A stretch of 64,000 nucleotides of DNA from an uncultured Acidobacteriota bacterium (GTDB lineage: Bacteria; Acidobacteriota; Vicinamibacteria; Vicinamibacterales; CAVVIG01), in NCBI GenBank assembly GCA_963837345.1, contig CAWIMX010000001.1, positions 2,172,419 through 2,236,418 on the forward strand. The letters are read 5' to 3'. Under the pieces are notes generated by a model. It was not told the DNA's origin. It saw only the letters and a program-made list of their open reading frames with translations, and did no database searches. Each line of letters starts with the position of its first letter. The stretch's first letter is position 1. The translations under genes were made by a program, and so were the position numbers. This document shows, in pieces, positions 37,640 to 51,100 of this stretch.

Positions 37640-39016
37640 GTGACGTCGCCGGGATCGCCCTCCCTCGAGCGCCGGCTCGGACTTCTCGACGCGGCGGTCA
37701 TCGTCATTTCCAACGTCATTGGCGTCGGGATCTTCACGACGCCGGGGTTCGTGGCGAGCCTGCTTCCAAACGGCGCCGCGATCCTGGGCGTGTGGGCCGC
37801 AGGCGGCGCGCTGGCGTTCGCCGGCGCACTGGCCTACGCCGAGCTCGCTGCCCGCCGCCCGCAGGCGGGCGGCGAGTACGTGTATCTGCGCGAGAGCTTC
37901 GGACCGCTGGCCGCCTTCCTGACGGGCTGGACGTCGTTCGTGGCGGGCTTCTCGGGCGCCATCGCCGCCGGCGCCGTCGGACTGGCCTCCTACCTGGACC
38001 GATTCGTTCCCGGAGCGGCCAGCGCTGCGCCGCTCTTCGCGCTGCGCGCGGGGCCGGTGGGCCTGTCGGTGTCGGTGCAGGCGCTGGTCGCGATCACCGT
38101 GATCCTGGCGCTCGCCTGGGTGCATGCCCGTGGCCTCGGACCGGGACGGATGGTGCAGAACGGTCTGACGATGCTCAAAGTGGCCGCCCTCGTCGCCTTC
38201 GTGGTCGCGGGCCTCAGCCTGAGCGCCCCCGCGCCGGCCGTGGACGCGGCGGTGTCGGGATCGGCCTCATGGGCGAGCGCGCTCGTGGCGCTGGTGCCTG
38301 TCATGTTCAGCTATGCCGGCTGGAACGCGGCCGTGTACGTGGCCGAGGAAGTGCGCGAGCCCGCCCGCAACGTCCCGCGCGCGCTGGCGCTCGGCACGGC
38401 GACGGTCGTGGCGGTGTACCTGGCGCTCAATGCCTTGTATCTGCGGGTCGTCCCCGCGTCGCAATTCGCGGGATCGATCGGCGTGGGCGAGATTGCCGCC
38501 GAGCGCCTCTTCGGGCCGGCCGCCGCGCTCGTTTTCGCCGGCCTGGCGATCGTCATCATTCTCGGCAGTCTGAGCGCGATGACGATGGCGGGGCCGCGCG
38601 TGTATTTCGCGATGGCGCGCGACGGTGCGTTCGTGCCCGCCGCGGCGCGCGTGCACGCGCGCTACCGCACGCCGGCGTTCGCGATCGTGGCGCAGGCCGC
38701 CTGGAGCAGTCTCCTCGTGCTGTCGGGCACGTTCGAGCAGCTGCTGACCTACACCGGCTTCTGCATCATTCTGTTTTCGGGGCTCGCGGTGCTGTCGCTC
38801 TTCTTCGTCCGCCGACGCGAGCGCGTGAAGGCGCCGGACGGCGCGGCCGACACCTTCCGGGCGTGGGGCTATCCCTGGGCGCCGGGCGCGTTCTGTCTGG
38901 TGAGCTTTGCGATCGTCGGCAGCACCATCGCCCAGGCGCCGGCCGTGGCGTCGGCCGGCCTGGGCGTGATGGCCGCTGGCATCCCCATCTACTGGTGGAT
39001 GCGCGCGCGCTATTGA
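37640..39016 (+). CDS. APC-superfamily amino acid permease
   Basis: VISNVIGVGIFTTPG, ELAARRPQAGGEYVYL, and 12-TM-like hydrophobicity. Complete ORF. Confidence 0.88.
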   Translation: MTSPGSPSLERRLGLLDAAVIVISNVIGVGIFTTPGFVASLLPNGAAILGVWAAGGALAFAGALAYAELAARRPQAGGEYVYLRESFGPLAAFLTGWTSFVAGFSGAIAAGAVGLASYLDRFVPGAASAAPLFALRAGPVGLSVSVQALVAITVILALAWVHARGLGPGRMVQNGLTMLKVAALVAFVVAGLSLSAPAPAVDAAVSGSASWASALVALVPVMFSYAGWNAAVYVAEEVREPARNVPRALALGTATVVAVYLALNALYLRVVPASQFAGSIGVGEIAAERLFGPAAALVFAGLAIVIILGSLSAMTMAGPRVYFAMARDGAFVPAAARVHARYRTPAFAIVAQAAWSSLLVLSGTFEQLLTYTGFCIILFSGLAVLSLFFVRRRERVKAPDGAADTFRAWGYPWAPGAFCLVSFAIVGSTIAQAPAVASAGLGVMAAGIPIYWWMRARY

Positions 39017-39728
39017 ACGCGCTCGAGCTCCCCGTGATAGGTGATCGTGCGGCCCGGCTGCACGTGAAGATCCACGCTGAGCGTTTCGTAGCCCGCGAGG
39101 CGCAACTCGATGCGGTGGCCGCCCGAGTCGACGTGCAACCGCTGGAAGATTCCGTCGAAATCATCCACGATGCCGGCGTAGTAGCCGTCGACGTACACCG
39201 CGGCCTGGCGCGGCTTCACGTCGAGCCGAACGGCGCCGTCGGCATCCTGCGGGTAATAGCGCGGATAGCTCGGGTACCCGGACCGTACCACCACGGGTCG
39301 TACCACCACGGATCGTAGTAGCCGCCGTAATAGCCGCCGTAGAACCCGATGCCGCCGTAGCCCCACGGATAGGTGTAGACGCGAATGGGTTGCCGAGCCC
39401 GCGGCGGGCGGGGCGCGGATTCGCGCGGCACGGCCTGGCCGATCCCGGGCCGGTCTCCCCGCTGCCGGGCGGGTGCGGGGCTGGCCTGCTGCGGGTCGCG
39501 CGACGTGCCCGCGCTGCGAGGCTCGGAGCGTCCGCCACCTTGCGTCGAGCTGCCGCCCTGGTTCGATCCGCCGCCGCTCGGCTCGCGACGGCCGTCGCCG
39601 CCCTGCGAGGTGGAAGGACTGCCGCCGCGCGGGACGGCTCGCTGGGCCGCCGCGGGCACCGGCGCGGCCCAGATCGCCGCCGCGGCGAGGAGGGCGAGCG
39701 CGTGCAACGTACGATGTCTGTCAGTCAT
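39010..39728 (-). CDS. Secreted PEGA-domain protein with G/S/R-rich and Tyr/Trp/Gly-rich low-complexity regions; frame interrupted near 39280
   Basis: The signal peptide and ...YGGYYGGYYDPWWYDPWWYG lie in track ORF 39216..39728. YPSYPRYYPQDADGAVRLDVKPRQAAVYVDGYYAG...GGHRIELRLAGYETL (PEGA-like) lies in ORF 39010..39366. One base appears to be missing in GGTCCGGGTACC. Confidence 0.7.
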
Positions 39729-39941
39729 GGCCGTGTCCTTCGGGTTCCACGTTATACGCTTTCAGTTCCACCGGAGCAAAGAGCAACGCGCCTGCCAGCC
39801 GGCCCGCGCCGGAAACGCGCGAAAACCGGCCGGAACTGCCGCCGTTCCGGCATTTTCAGGCGGCGTGTCTGTCATCAGGCGAGTTCATCCGTCCCGTTTT
39901 CTTGACACCCCGAATCCCGCGCCGATACAGTCAGAAAAAGC

Positions 39942-40469
39942 GTGTTTCACAGCACAACGATTCTCGCCGTCCGTCACCGCGGGCGGGCCGTGCTCGCCGG
40001 CGACGGTCAGGTGACCTTCGGCCAGACCGTGGTGAAGCAGGGCGCCCGCAAGATCCGTCGGTTGTACAACGACCGCATCCTGGCCGGCTTCGCTGGATCG
40101 GCCGCCGACTCCTTCGCGCTGTTCGCGCGGTTCGAGTCGAAGCTCGAACAGTACCGCGGCAATCTCGAGCGCTCGGCGGTCGAGCTGGCCAAGGACTGGC
40201 GGAGCGATCGCGTGCTTCGCCGTCTCGAAGCGATGCTCGTCGTGCTCGATGCGTCGTCGACGTTCCTGCTCTCGGGCACCGGCGATCTCATCGAGCCCGA
40301 CGACGGCATCACCGCGATCGGATCCGGCGGCCCGTACGCGCTCGCGGCCGCCCGGGCGCTCGCCGGCTCGACCGATCTCGACGCGCGGACGATCGCGGAC
40401 AAGGCGATGGCGATCGCCGCCGACATCTGCATCTATACCAATTCGCGCATCGTGGTGGAAGAGATCTAG
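39942..40469 (+). CDS. hslV: ATP-dependent protease subunit HslV
   Basis: [23 protein letters not shown]...[10 protein letters not shown]...[14 protein letters not shown]. Typical HslV. Confidence 0.95.
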   Translation: MFHSTTILAVRHRGRAVLAGDGQVTFGQTVVKQGARKIRRLYNDRILAGFAGSAADSFALFARFESKLEQYRGNLERSAVELAKDWRSDRVLRRLEAMLVVLDASSTFLLSGTGDLIEPDDGITAIGSGGPYALAAARALAGSTDLDARTIADKAMAIAADICIYTNSRIVVEEI

Positions 40470-40518
40470 AGAGCAAACCGACGTGCCGATCTACCTGCCG
40501 GAAACCACCCAGAGTTCC

Positions 40519-41858
<1,340 letters not shown>

Positions 41859-41862
<4 letters not shown>

Positions 41863-43103
41863 GCCGGCGCCGGGACCGGCCGGACGCTCCACCTGCGCTC
41901 GTGCTCGTGCTGCTCGCCGGATTGGTCCTGTCGGCCGCAGGCTGCGGCAAGAAGGGCCCGCCGCTGCCGCCCCTGGTCCGGACGCCCGCGCCGCCCGGCA
42001 GCTTCGCGGCCGAGCGGATCGGGGAACGCGTCTCGGTGCACTTCACCGTGCCCGCCGCCAACACCGACGGCACGCGGCCCGCGAACCTTCGCCGCGTGGA
42101 TGTCTATGCGTTCACGGGCGACGGACCCCTCGCCGACCGGGATGTGATCCGGTACGCGACGAAGATTGCCGAGGTCGCCGTGAAAGCGCCGCGCGATCCC
42201 GACGCCGTCATCGAGCCCGACGAGCCGGTGGACGACATGGAGCGACCCGAGGGAAGCGGCCTGGATCAGGGCGCCACGGCGACGGTGCAGGAGGCCATTG
42301 CCGCGAGCAGCTACCTGCTGGTGGATCGGCCTCCCGACGAGCGGCCTCCGCTCCAGGATCCCGAGCGTCCGCGTCCGCTGGTCGCCGGCGCGCCCGCCGC
42401 GCTGCTGCGCACTTACGTGGCCGTCGGCGTGACGACCCGGGGACGCCCGGGCGCCTTCTCCGCGCGCGCGGCCGTGCCGCTGTCGCCCCCGCCGCCTGCG
42501 CCCCTGCAGCCCTCGGTGCACTACGACGAAACCGCGGTCACCGTGGAGTGGCCCGCGCCGAGACCGCAGGCCGCCGAAGACGGACTCGCGTCGCGATGGC
42601 TCGGGACGCCGCTCCGATCGATTGCCTACCACGTGTACGACGTGACCGGCGCGGGTGCGGGCGCGCGTCTCACGGCCGCGCCGCTCAGCGAGGGCCCGTA
42701 CCGCGACACGCGCATGGACTGGGGTGCCCAGCGCTGCTACGGCGTGCGGGCGGTGGAGATCGTCGGCGGGGTGGCGATCGAAAGCGAGCCCTCGCCGCGC
42801 GCCTGCGTGACCTTGACGGACACGTTTGCGCCGGCGGCGCCGGCGGGCTTGACGGCGGTGGGCACGGAGGGAGCCGTCAACCTGATCTGGGACGCGGACG
42901 CGGCCCCCGATCTGGCGGGCTACATCGTGCTGCGAGGGCCAGCGGGCGGGCCCCTGGCTCCGATCACGCCCGCGCCGATTCGCGACACGAATTTCCGCGA
43001 CACCGTGGCGGCCGGAGTCCGGTGGGTCTACGCGGTGGAGGCCGTGGATCGAGCGGGCAACGCCAGCGAGCCGTCCTCGACGGTCGAAGAAGCCGCGCGC
43101 TGA
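41859..43103 (+). CDS. Lipoprotein with fibronectin-type-III-like domains
   Basis: Lipobox LSAAGC. Repeated FN3-like segments ([37 protein letters not shown]...[16 protein letters not shown]). The GTG overlaps the hslU stop. Confidence 0.6.
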
Positions 43104-43129
43104 CCTGCATTTAGTAGAATGACGCCGGC

Positions 43130-43895
43130 ATGGATCGCATCTACCGCGTCGAGCGGGCTGGCGAGGTGCTGTACGGCGTCGAGCAGAACGGCGAGCTCCG
43201 GCGGCTGAACGGCGATCCCTTCGGCGAGTACCGCGCGGGCGCCCCGATCGAAGGCGGCCTGGAGGGCGTCCGGGTGCTGGCCCCCGTGCGGCCCTCGAAG
43301 ATCGTGTGTATCGGCCTGAACTATACGGATCACGCCGCGGAGCTCGGCAAGACGCTGCCGTCCGAACCGCTGATGTTCCTCAAGCCGTCGACGGCCGTCA
43401 TCGGACCGGGCGACCCCATCCGGCTGCCGCGCGGTGTCGGCCGCGTGCATCACGAGGCCGAGCTGGGCGTCGTCATTCGACGCCGCTCGCATCGAGTGCC
43501 GCGCGCGCGCGCGCTCGAGGCCGTGCTCGGCTTCACCTGCGTCAACGACGTCACGGCACGGGACCTGCAGAACAAGGACGTGCAGTACACGCGCTCGAAG
43601 GGCTTCGACACGTTTGCGCCGGTGGGCCCGTGCATCGCCGTGGATCGGTCCGCGACGCTGCGGCGCGTCGAAGGGTGGGTGAATGGCCGGCGGCGCCAGG
43701 CGTCGGACACGGGTCACCTGATTTTCGGCATCGATCGAGCTGATCGAGTTCGTGACGTTCGTGATGACGCTCGAGCCGGGCGACATTCTCTCCACGGGCA
43801 CCCCCGCCGGAGTGGGCAATCTGGAGGCGGGCGATACGGTGACCGTTTCCGTCGAGGGCGTGGGCGAGCTGAGCAATCCGGTTGAACAGGAGTAG
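43130..43895 (+). CDS. Fumarylacetoacetate hydrolase (FAH) family protein, frame interrupted near 43736
   Basis: [15 protein letters not shown]...MFLKP...[10 protein letters not shown]...DVTARDLQ...SKGFDTF in frame 1. [27 protein letters not shown] follows in the +1 frame, up to TAG 43893-43895. Confidence 0.85.
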
Positions 43896-43898
43896 GCC

Positions 43899-44563
43899 AT
43901 GAAACTCTTCGTCGACAGCGGCAATATCAAGGACATCGAGGCCGTCGCCGCGCTGGGAATTCTCGACGGCGTCACGACGAATCCCTCGCTCCTGGCCAAG
44001 GCCGGCGGCGACTCTCGGGCGAACCTCAAGCAGATCTGCGAGATCGTGAAGGGGCCGGTCAGCGGCGAGGTGACGGCCACCGACGTGGCCGGCATGCTGC
44101 GCGAAGGGCGCGAGATCGCGGCGATCGACCAGCACATGGTCGTGAAGGTGCCGCTCACCCGCGCCGGCATCACGGCGTGTCGGACACTGTCAGACGACGG
44201 GATTCGCGTGAACGTGACGCTGGTGTTCTCGGCCGCGCAGGCGCTGCTCGCCGCCAAGGCCGGCGCCACCTTCGTGAGCCCGTTCGTCGGGCCGTCTCGA
44301 CGATGTGGCCACGAACGGGATGGAGCTCATCCGGGAAATCGTGACGATCTACGACAACTACGAATTCACGACCGAGGTGCTGGTCGCCAGCTGCCGGCAT
44401 CCGATCCACGTCGTCGAGGCGGCGCGGATCGGGCGCGGACATCGCGACGTGCCCGCCGGCAGTCATCGATCAGATGTTCAACCATCCGCTCACCGACATC
44501 GGGCTGGCGAAGTTCCTGAAAGACTGGGAGGGGGCGAAGCAGTCGCCGGTCGCCAGTCGCTAG
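43899..44563 (+). CDS. tal: Transaldolase / fructose-6-phosphate aldolase (short TalC/Fsa type), frame interrupted twice (about 44290 and 44432)
   Basis: [32 protein letters not shown]...VKVPLT...VNVTLVFS...SPFVG, then [16 protein letters not shown]..., then [31 protein letters not shown], across three frames. Both breaks are at TCGGGC, where GG appears as GGG. Confidence 0.88.
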
Positions 44564-44579
44564 CCGCGAGTCGCGAGCC

Positions 44580-46121
44580 ATGAATCCACACGACGTGCTG
44601 GCCGATCTCGAGCGCCGCGCCGAGTTGGGCGGCGGCGAGGCGCGGCTGCGCCGGCAGCACGACGCGGGCAAGCTCACGGCCCGCGAGCGCATCGATCTGC
44701 TCTTCGATTCCGGGACGTTCGAGGAAGTCGACAAGCTGGTTACCCATCGCTGCCGCGATTTCGGCATGGCCGAGCAGGTCGTGCCCGGCGACGGCGTGGT
44801 GGCCGGGCATGGCCTGGTCGACGGGCGCCAGGTGTTCGCGTTCGCCCAGGACTTCACGGTGTTCGGCGGCTCGCTGTCGGAAACCAACGCCGCCAAGATC
44901 GTGAAGATCATGGACGCGGCGATGCGCCTGGGCGCGCCGCTCGTCGGACTGAACGACTCGGGCGGCGCCCGGATCCAGGAAGGCGTCCTCTCGCTCGGCG
45001 GCTACGCCGACATCTTCCTGCGCAACACGCTCGCGTCGGGGGTCGTTCCGCAGATTTCCGCGATCATGGGGCCCTGTGCGGGCGGCGCGGTCTACTCGCC
45101 GGCGATCACCGACTTCACCGTCATGGTCCGGAACACGAGCTACATGTTCGTCACCGGCCCGGACGTGATCCGCACCGTCACCCACGAGGACGTCACGAAG
45201 GAGGAGCTGGGCGGCGCGGCCACGCACAACGCGACGAGTGGCGTGGCGCACTTCGCCGTGGACGACGATCGCGAGTGCCTGGCGCTCATCCGCGCGCTGC
45301 TCGCCTATCTGCCATCGAACAACGTGGACGACGCCCCGCGCGGCCCCGCGAGCGATCCGGCGGATCGCGAGGCGCCGGCGCTCGACACGATCGTCCCGTT
45401 GTCGCCCCATCAGCCGTACGACATGCTCGACGTGATCCACACCGTGGTCGACGATGGCGTGTTTCTCGAGGTGCACCAGCACTTCGCCCGCAACATCCTG
45501 GTGGGCTTTGCCCGCCTCGACGGCCGCTCCGTCGGCATCGTCGCGAATCAGCCGGCGGTGCTGGCGGGCACGCTCGACATCGACGCATCCGTCAAGGCGG
45601 CGCGGTTCGTCCGGTTCTGCGATGCGTTCAACATCCCGCTCGTCACGTTCGAGGACGTCCCCGGCTTCCTCCCGGGCACGGTCCAGGAATACGGCGGGAT
45701 CATCCGGCACGGCGCGAAGCTCCTCTTCGCGTTCGCCGAGGCCACGGTGCCGAAGGTGACGGTGATCACGCGCAAGGCCTATGGCGGCGCGTACTGCGTC
45801 ATGTCCAGCAAACACATTCGAACCGACTTGAACTACGCGTGGCCGACGGCGGAGCTGGCCGTGATGGGGCCGGAGGGGGCCGTCAACATCCTGTACAAGC
45901 GCGAGCTGGACGAGGCGGCCGATCCGCCGGCGCTGCGCGCGCGGAAGGTGGCGGAGTTCCGCGAGAAATTCGCCAACCCCTACATTGCCGCGGCCCGCGG
46001 CTTTCTCGACGAAATCATCCAGCCGCGGGACACGCGGAGGAAGCTGGTCACCGCGCTCCGCAACCTGCGGAACAAGCGCGATCGCAACCCGCCGAAGAAG
46101 CACGGGAACATCCCCCTCTGA
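44580..46121 (+). CDS. pccB: Acyl-CoA carboxylase carboxyltransferase subunit (PccB/AccD5/MmdA type)
   Basis: [13 protein letters not shown]...[15 protein letters not shown]...[13 protein letters not shown]...[12 protein letters not shown]...VANQP..LAG. Substrate specificity cannot be read from the sequence. Confidence 0.92.
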   Translation: MNPHDVLADLERRAELGGGEARLRRQHDAGKLTARERIDLLFDSGTFEEVDKLVTHRCRDFGMAEQVVPGDGVVAGHGLVDGRQVFAFAQDFTVFGGSLSETNAAKIVKIMDAAMRLGAPLVGLNDSGGARIQEGVLSLGGYADIFLRNTLASGVVPQISAIMGPCAGGAVYSPAITDFTVMVRNTSYMFVTGPDVIRTVTHEDVTKEELGGAATHNATSGVAHFAVDDDRECLALIRALLAYLPSNNVDDAPRGPASDPADREAPALDTIVPLSPHQPYDMLDVIHTVVDDGVFLEVHQHFARNILVGFARLDGRSVGIVANQPAVLAGTLDIDASVKAARFVRFCDAFNIPLVTFEDVPGFLPGTVQEYGGIIRHGAKLLFAFAEATVPKVTVITRKAYGGAYCVMSSKHIRTDLNYAWPTAELAVMGPEGAVNILYKRELDEAADPPALRARKVAEFREKFANPYIAAARGFLDEIIQPRDTRRKLVTALRNLRNKRDRNPPKKHGNIPL

Positions 46122-47652
46122 TGCGCAAGGTCCTCATCGCCAACCGCGGCGAGATCGCTCTCCGCGTGATGCGCACGTGCCGTGAAATGGGATTGTCCCC
46201 GGTGGCGGTGTACGCGGAATGCGACCGCACCGCGCCGCACGTCCGCGCCGCCGATCAGGCGTGGGCGATCGGCCCGAGTCCGCCCGGCGAGAGCTACCTG
46301 CGAATCGATCGGATCGTCGACGCGGCGATCCGGTCGGGAGCCGATGCCGTGCATCCGGGCTACGGGTTTCTCGCCGAGAACGAGGCGTTCGCGGCGGCGG
46401 TGCGGGACGCGGGTCTGACGTTCATCGGACCTTCGCCCGAGGCCATTGCGCTGATGGGCAGCAAGACCGCCGCCCGGGCTGCCGCCCGCCGCGCGGGCGT
46501 TCCGGTCGTGCCTGGTAGCGAGGAGCCGCTCGGGCCGGACGTGCCCGAGGCCGGCCTCCGCGCGATCGCGGACCGCGTCGGGTACCCGCTGCTCGTCAAG
46601 GCCGTGGCCGGCGGCGGCGGCAAGGGCATGCGCACCGTGACGGATCGCGCCGACCTGGCCTCGGCGGTTCGGGCCGCCCGCTCGGAAGCCGGCGCGGCGT
46701 TCGGAGACGCGGCCGTGTACTTCGAACGCCGGCTGACGCGGCCGCGCCACGTCGAAGTGCAGCTGCTCGGCGATGCGCACGGGACGGTCGTCGCCTTCGT
46801 CGAGCGCGAGTGCTCCATCCAGCGGCGGCACCAGAAGGTGGTGGAAGAGAGCCCGTCGCCCGCCGTGACGCCCGGGCTGCGGCAGGCTCTCGCGGCGGCG
46901 GCGCGTTCGGTGGCCGCATCGGTGTCGGCTACACGAACGCCGGAACCATCGAATTCCTGCTCGACGAAGACGGGTCGTTCTACTTCCTCGAGATGAACAC
47001 GCGCCTGCAGGTGGAGCATCCGGTCACCGAGATGGTCACGGGCCTCGATCTGGTGCGCTGGCAGATCCGCATCGCCGAGGGCGACTCCCTGGATCTCGAC
47101 CCGGATGCTGTCCTCGAGCCGCGCGGTCATGCGATCGAGTGCCGCATCTACGCCGAGGACCCGGACAACAATTTTCTGCCGTCGCCCGGCCGCATTCTGT
47201 CGCTCCGCGCGCCCGGTGGCCCCGGCATCCGCGACGACAGCGGCACCGCCGCGGGTCTGACGGTGCCGATCTTCTATGATCCGATGATCTCGAAGCTCGT
47301 GGCGTGGGGCGAGGACCGGCCGATGGCGATTGCTCGCATGCGCCGGGCGCTCGGTGAGTACCTGGTCGCCGGAATCCGGACGACCCTGCCGTTTTTCAGA
47401 TGGCTCCTGGACCAGCCGGACTTCCTGGCGGGCCGCTTCCATACGGCGTCTCTCGATGAGATCCTGAAGGCACGGGCCGGGCGGCCCTTTGCGGCGGAGG
47501 CGCCGGACCTCGACGACCTGGCGGCCGCCGCCGCGGCGCTGCAAGCCGCCGTGCCCGGTGGCGCCCCCCTGGCGCCGGGCGGCCATTCGGCCACGGCACC
47601 GAACGGCGGCGAGGCGTGGAAGGCCCGGGCCCGCGCCGAGAGCCTGAGCTGA
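46121..47652 (+). CDS. accC: Biotin carboxylase subunit, frame interrupted near 46910
   Basis: [18 protein letters not shown]...HPGYGFLAEN...GYPLLVKAVAGGGGKGMR...RHQKVVEE in one frame. GYTNAGTIEFLLDEDGSFYFLEMNTRLQVEHPVTE follows in another. The ATG overlaps the pccB stop (TGATG). Confidence 0.92.
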
Positions 47653-47653
47653 C

Positions 47654-48193
47654 GTGCGCTACGACATCGAGGTGAATGGCCGCCTCCGCCAGGTGAACGT
47701 CGTACGGACCTCCGGCGACCGGTTCGCGGTATCCGTGGACGGTCGCACCTGGCACATCGACGCCGCGCGGGTGGATCGGTACACCCTGTCGCTCGTCGTC
47801 GCCGCTCGAGAACCGGGGGGGGCGGACGGCCACGGCGGTGCCAGCCACGAGGTGGTGCTGGTGCCCGGCGGCGGATCCGGGACGCTCGAAGTTCACGTGG
47901 ACGGCTCGCGCATCGCGGTCGCGCCCAATGGCCGTCGCCGGTGGGGCAGCCGAGACGCGGGCCTGCAGGCCGGCGACGGGCCGCAGCAGATCACGGCGCC
48001 GATGCCCGGCAAAATCGTGCGCGTACTCGTCCAAACAGGAGAGGCCGTGTGCGCGCGGCAATCGCTGGTCGTCATCGAAGCTATGAAGATGGAAAACGAG
48101 CTGCGTGCAGGCCGTGACGGCACCGTGGCCGACATTCGCGTCCGGGAAGGCATGTCGGTGGACGCCGGAGCTCTGCTGGTACTCCTCCGGTGA
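47654..48193 (+). CDS. Biotin carboxyl carrier / biotin-lipoyl attachment protein
   Basis: C-terminal APMPGKIVRVLV..GE.V...QSLVVIEAMKMENEL biotinylation motif (AMKM). The N-terminal half is not recognised. Confidence 0.8.
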   Translation: MRYDIEVNGRLRQVNVVRTSGDRFAVSVDGRTWHIDAARVDRYTLSLVVAAREPGGADGHGGASHEVVLVPGGGSGTLEVHVDGSRIAVAPNGRRRWGSRDAGLQAGDGPQQITAPMPGKIVRVLVQTGEAVCARQSLVVIEAMKMENELRAGRDGTVADIRVREGMSVDAGALLVLLR

Positions 48194-51100
48194 ACGTTCT
48201 GAACTGGCTGCGGCGTCACCCGGTGGTGCGCTATCTCAGCCTGGCGGTGTCGATCGCGGCGGTGATTCTGGCCGTGTCGGTCGTCAGCTCCATGACGATC
48301 GACCTCGGCCCGGCGGTGCGCCGGAACGCCGAGGACCAGGCGTCGAAGTATCTCGACCGCCGGGTGCAGATCGGCGGTCTTCACATCCGCCTGCTCGGCG
48401 CCATGCTGGGCGGCCGCGTGGAGGTCGACGACCTCGAGATTGCGGGGCTCCACGACGGCGACCGGCCGTTCTTCACCGCGCAGCGGATTACGGTCGCGCT
48501 CGACTGGCGCACGCTCGTCCGCCGCGAAATCCTGATCTCGACCGTCGAGATCGCCGACTGGCAGATGCTCGTCGAGCAGTGGGACGGGGAGCAGAGTTTT
48601 CCGCGTTTCGTGCGCGGGGGCTCCAGCGGCCGCCGGCCGGTGACGACCACGCTGAAGTCGCTGCGGGCCCACGACGGCCAGTTCAGCTATGAAGACCACC
48701 AGTCGCCCTGGGGCGTGGTGGCCCGGAACATCGACCTCACGATCGGTAATCTGCCGCAATATCACGGCACGGCCCGGTTCACCGGCGGGACGGTGTCGAT
48801 CCAGGACTTCGAGCCGATGTGGGCGAACTTCGACGCGCAGTTCGTCATCGACGGCAGCCACATCCGCCTGGGCCGGATCAACCTCGAGACCGACGGCGCG
48901 ACGAGCGTCGTCGCCGGCGACGTCGACATGTCGCGCTGGCCGGAACAGACCTACCAGGTGAAGTCGCACGTCGATTTTCCGCGGATGCGCGAGCTGTTTT
49001 TCGCCGGCGAGTCCTTCGATTTGGCCGGCGCGGGGGACTTCACGGGGATCTTCCACCTGTTCAAGGGCGGCCACGACCTGTCGGGGACCTTCGTCAGTCC
49101 GCGGCTCGGCGTCAAGGCCGGCACGTTGACGTACGGGTTCCCCGCGCTCTACGGACGGCTTCAGTGGAACAACGACGGATTTCACGTGTGGGATGCAGGC
49201 TCGGATTTCTTCCACGGCTCGACGACCTTGACCTACGCGATCGAGAGCCAGGAGGAGGGCGAGCCGTCGCGGTCGACGTTCCACGCCACCTACGAGGGCG
49301 TCGACCTGGCGTCGTTGAGCGATTTCGAAACGCTGCCGGGTCTGCGCGTCGCGGGAGCCGCCTCGGGACAGTTCGACATGGTCTGGCCGATCGGCCATTT
49401 CAGCGAGCGGACGGGCGGCGGCAGTCTCGCGGTGACTCCGCCCGCTGGGGTGCAGCCGATGACGGATTCGCTGGCCGGGGCGCGCGTGGCGGACGCCGAT
49501 CGCACGCGGCACGAGTGGGGACCGTTCCTCCCGCCGCCGCTGGCCGCGCACGTGCCCGTCGCGAGCGAGATCGTGTTCCGGTTCGGCCCGGATGGTCTCG
49601 ACATCGGCCCGAGCCGGTTCGCGACCGAGCGCACCCATGTGTCCTTCGAGGGCGCGACCGCGTGGGGCCCCGACACGCGCATTGTCTTCCACGCGACGAG
49701 CCGCGACTGGCAGGAGAGCGACGAGGTGCTGGCGGGCATCCTGACCGACTTCGGGGCCAGGACGGGGGCCGTCGCGTTCGGCGGGCGCGGCGAGTTCTCG
49801 GGCGAAATGACCGGCGAATTCAACCGGCCGCACGTGGAGGGCGAGTTCACGGGCGAAGACCTGCGGGCATTCGATACCTGGTGGGGTGATGGTTCGGCGC
49901 ACGTCGTCGTCGAGAACAGCTACGTGACCGTCGAGAACGGCATCGTCCGGTCGGGCGAATCGGTGATCCGGACCGACGGGCTGTTCTCGCTGGGCTACCC
50001 GCGCCAGGACGGGGGCGACGAGATCGACGCGCGCTTTCGCGTCACGCGTCGCGATCTGGACAGCCTCCGGCACGCGTTCGAAATCGACGCCTACCCGGTG
50101 ACGGGCTTTCTCTCGGGCGAGTTCCACCTCACGGGGGAGTACGAGCGTCCGATCGGCTTCGGCAGCCTGTCGATCGACGACGGCACGGCGTGGGGCGAGC
50201 CGTTCCCACACGCCGAGGCGTCGCTGCGGTTCGACGGCACGGGGGTGCGCCTCGACGGGGCGACGATCGACAAGAGCACGGGCCTCGTGACGGGCGCCGC
50301 CTACATCGGCTGGGACTCGAGCTACTCGTTCAACGCGGCCGGGCGGCGGATTCCGCTCGATCAGATCGCGCTACTGAGCTATCCGGCGGCGCCGCTCACC
50401 GGGATCGGCAACTTCTCGGCGAGCGGAACGGGCACGTTCGATGCGCCGGCGTACGACGTACGCTTCGACGTGGCCGACCTGTTCATCGGTGAGGAAGGCA
50501 TCGGACAGGTCGTAGGCACGCTGCTGCTCCGCGACCGCGAAGTCAGCGGCGAGATCGAGGCCGCCTCGCCCCGCGTGGCCATTACGGGCACGGGGCGAAT
50601 CGCGCTGACGCCGCAGCTCGATGCCGAGATGACGTTCCGCTTCCACGACAGCTCGCTCGATCCGTACGTGCGCCTGTTCGTGCCCGAGCTCTCGCCCTAC
50701 ACCACGGCGGTGGCGACCGGCGGCGTGCGGATTGCCGGCGAGCTCGCCGACATCGATCACCTGCTGGTCGATGCGACCGTCGACACGCTCGACATGCGCC
50801 TGTTCGACTACGAGCTGCGCAATGCCGAACCGATCCGGCTGGCGCTCGATCGCAACCGTGTGGAGGTGCAGAATCTGCAGCTCGTGGGCGTGGACACGCG
50901 GCTTCGCGTTTCGGGTCAGATCGGGATCGCCGACGATCGGATCGCGCTGCGCACGGCGGGCGACGCCAACCTCGGCATCCTGCAGGCGTTCTTCGACAAC
51001 GTGCGCGGATCGGGCCGCGCCGAGCTGACCGCGGCGATCGACGGCCCGCTGAGGAACCCGGTGTTCTCCGGGAGCGCGACGCTCAGCGACGGCCGCATCC

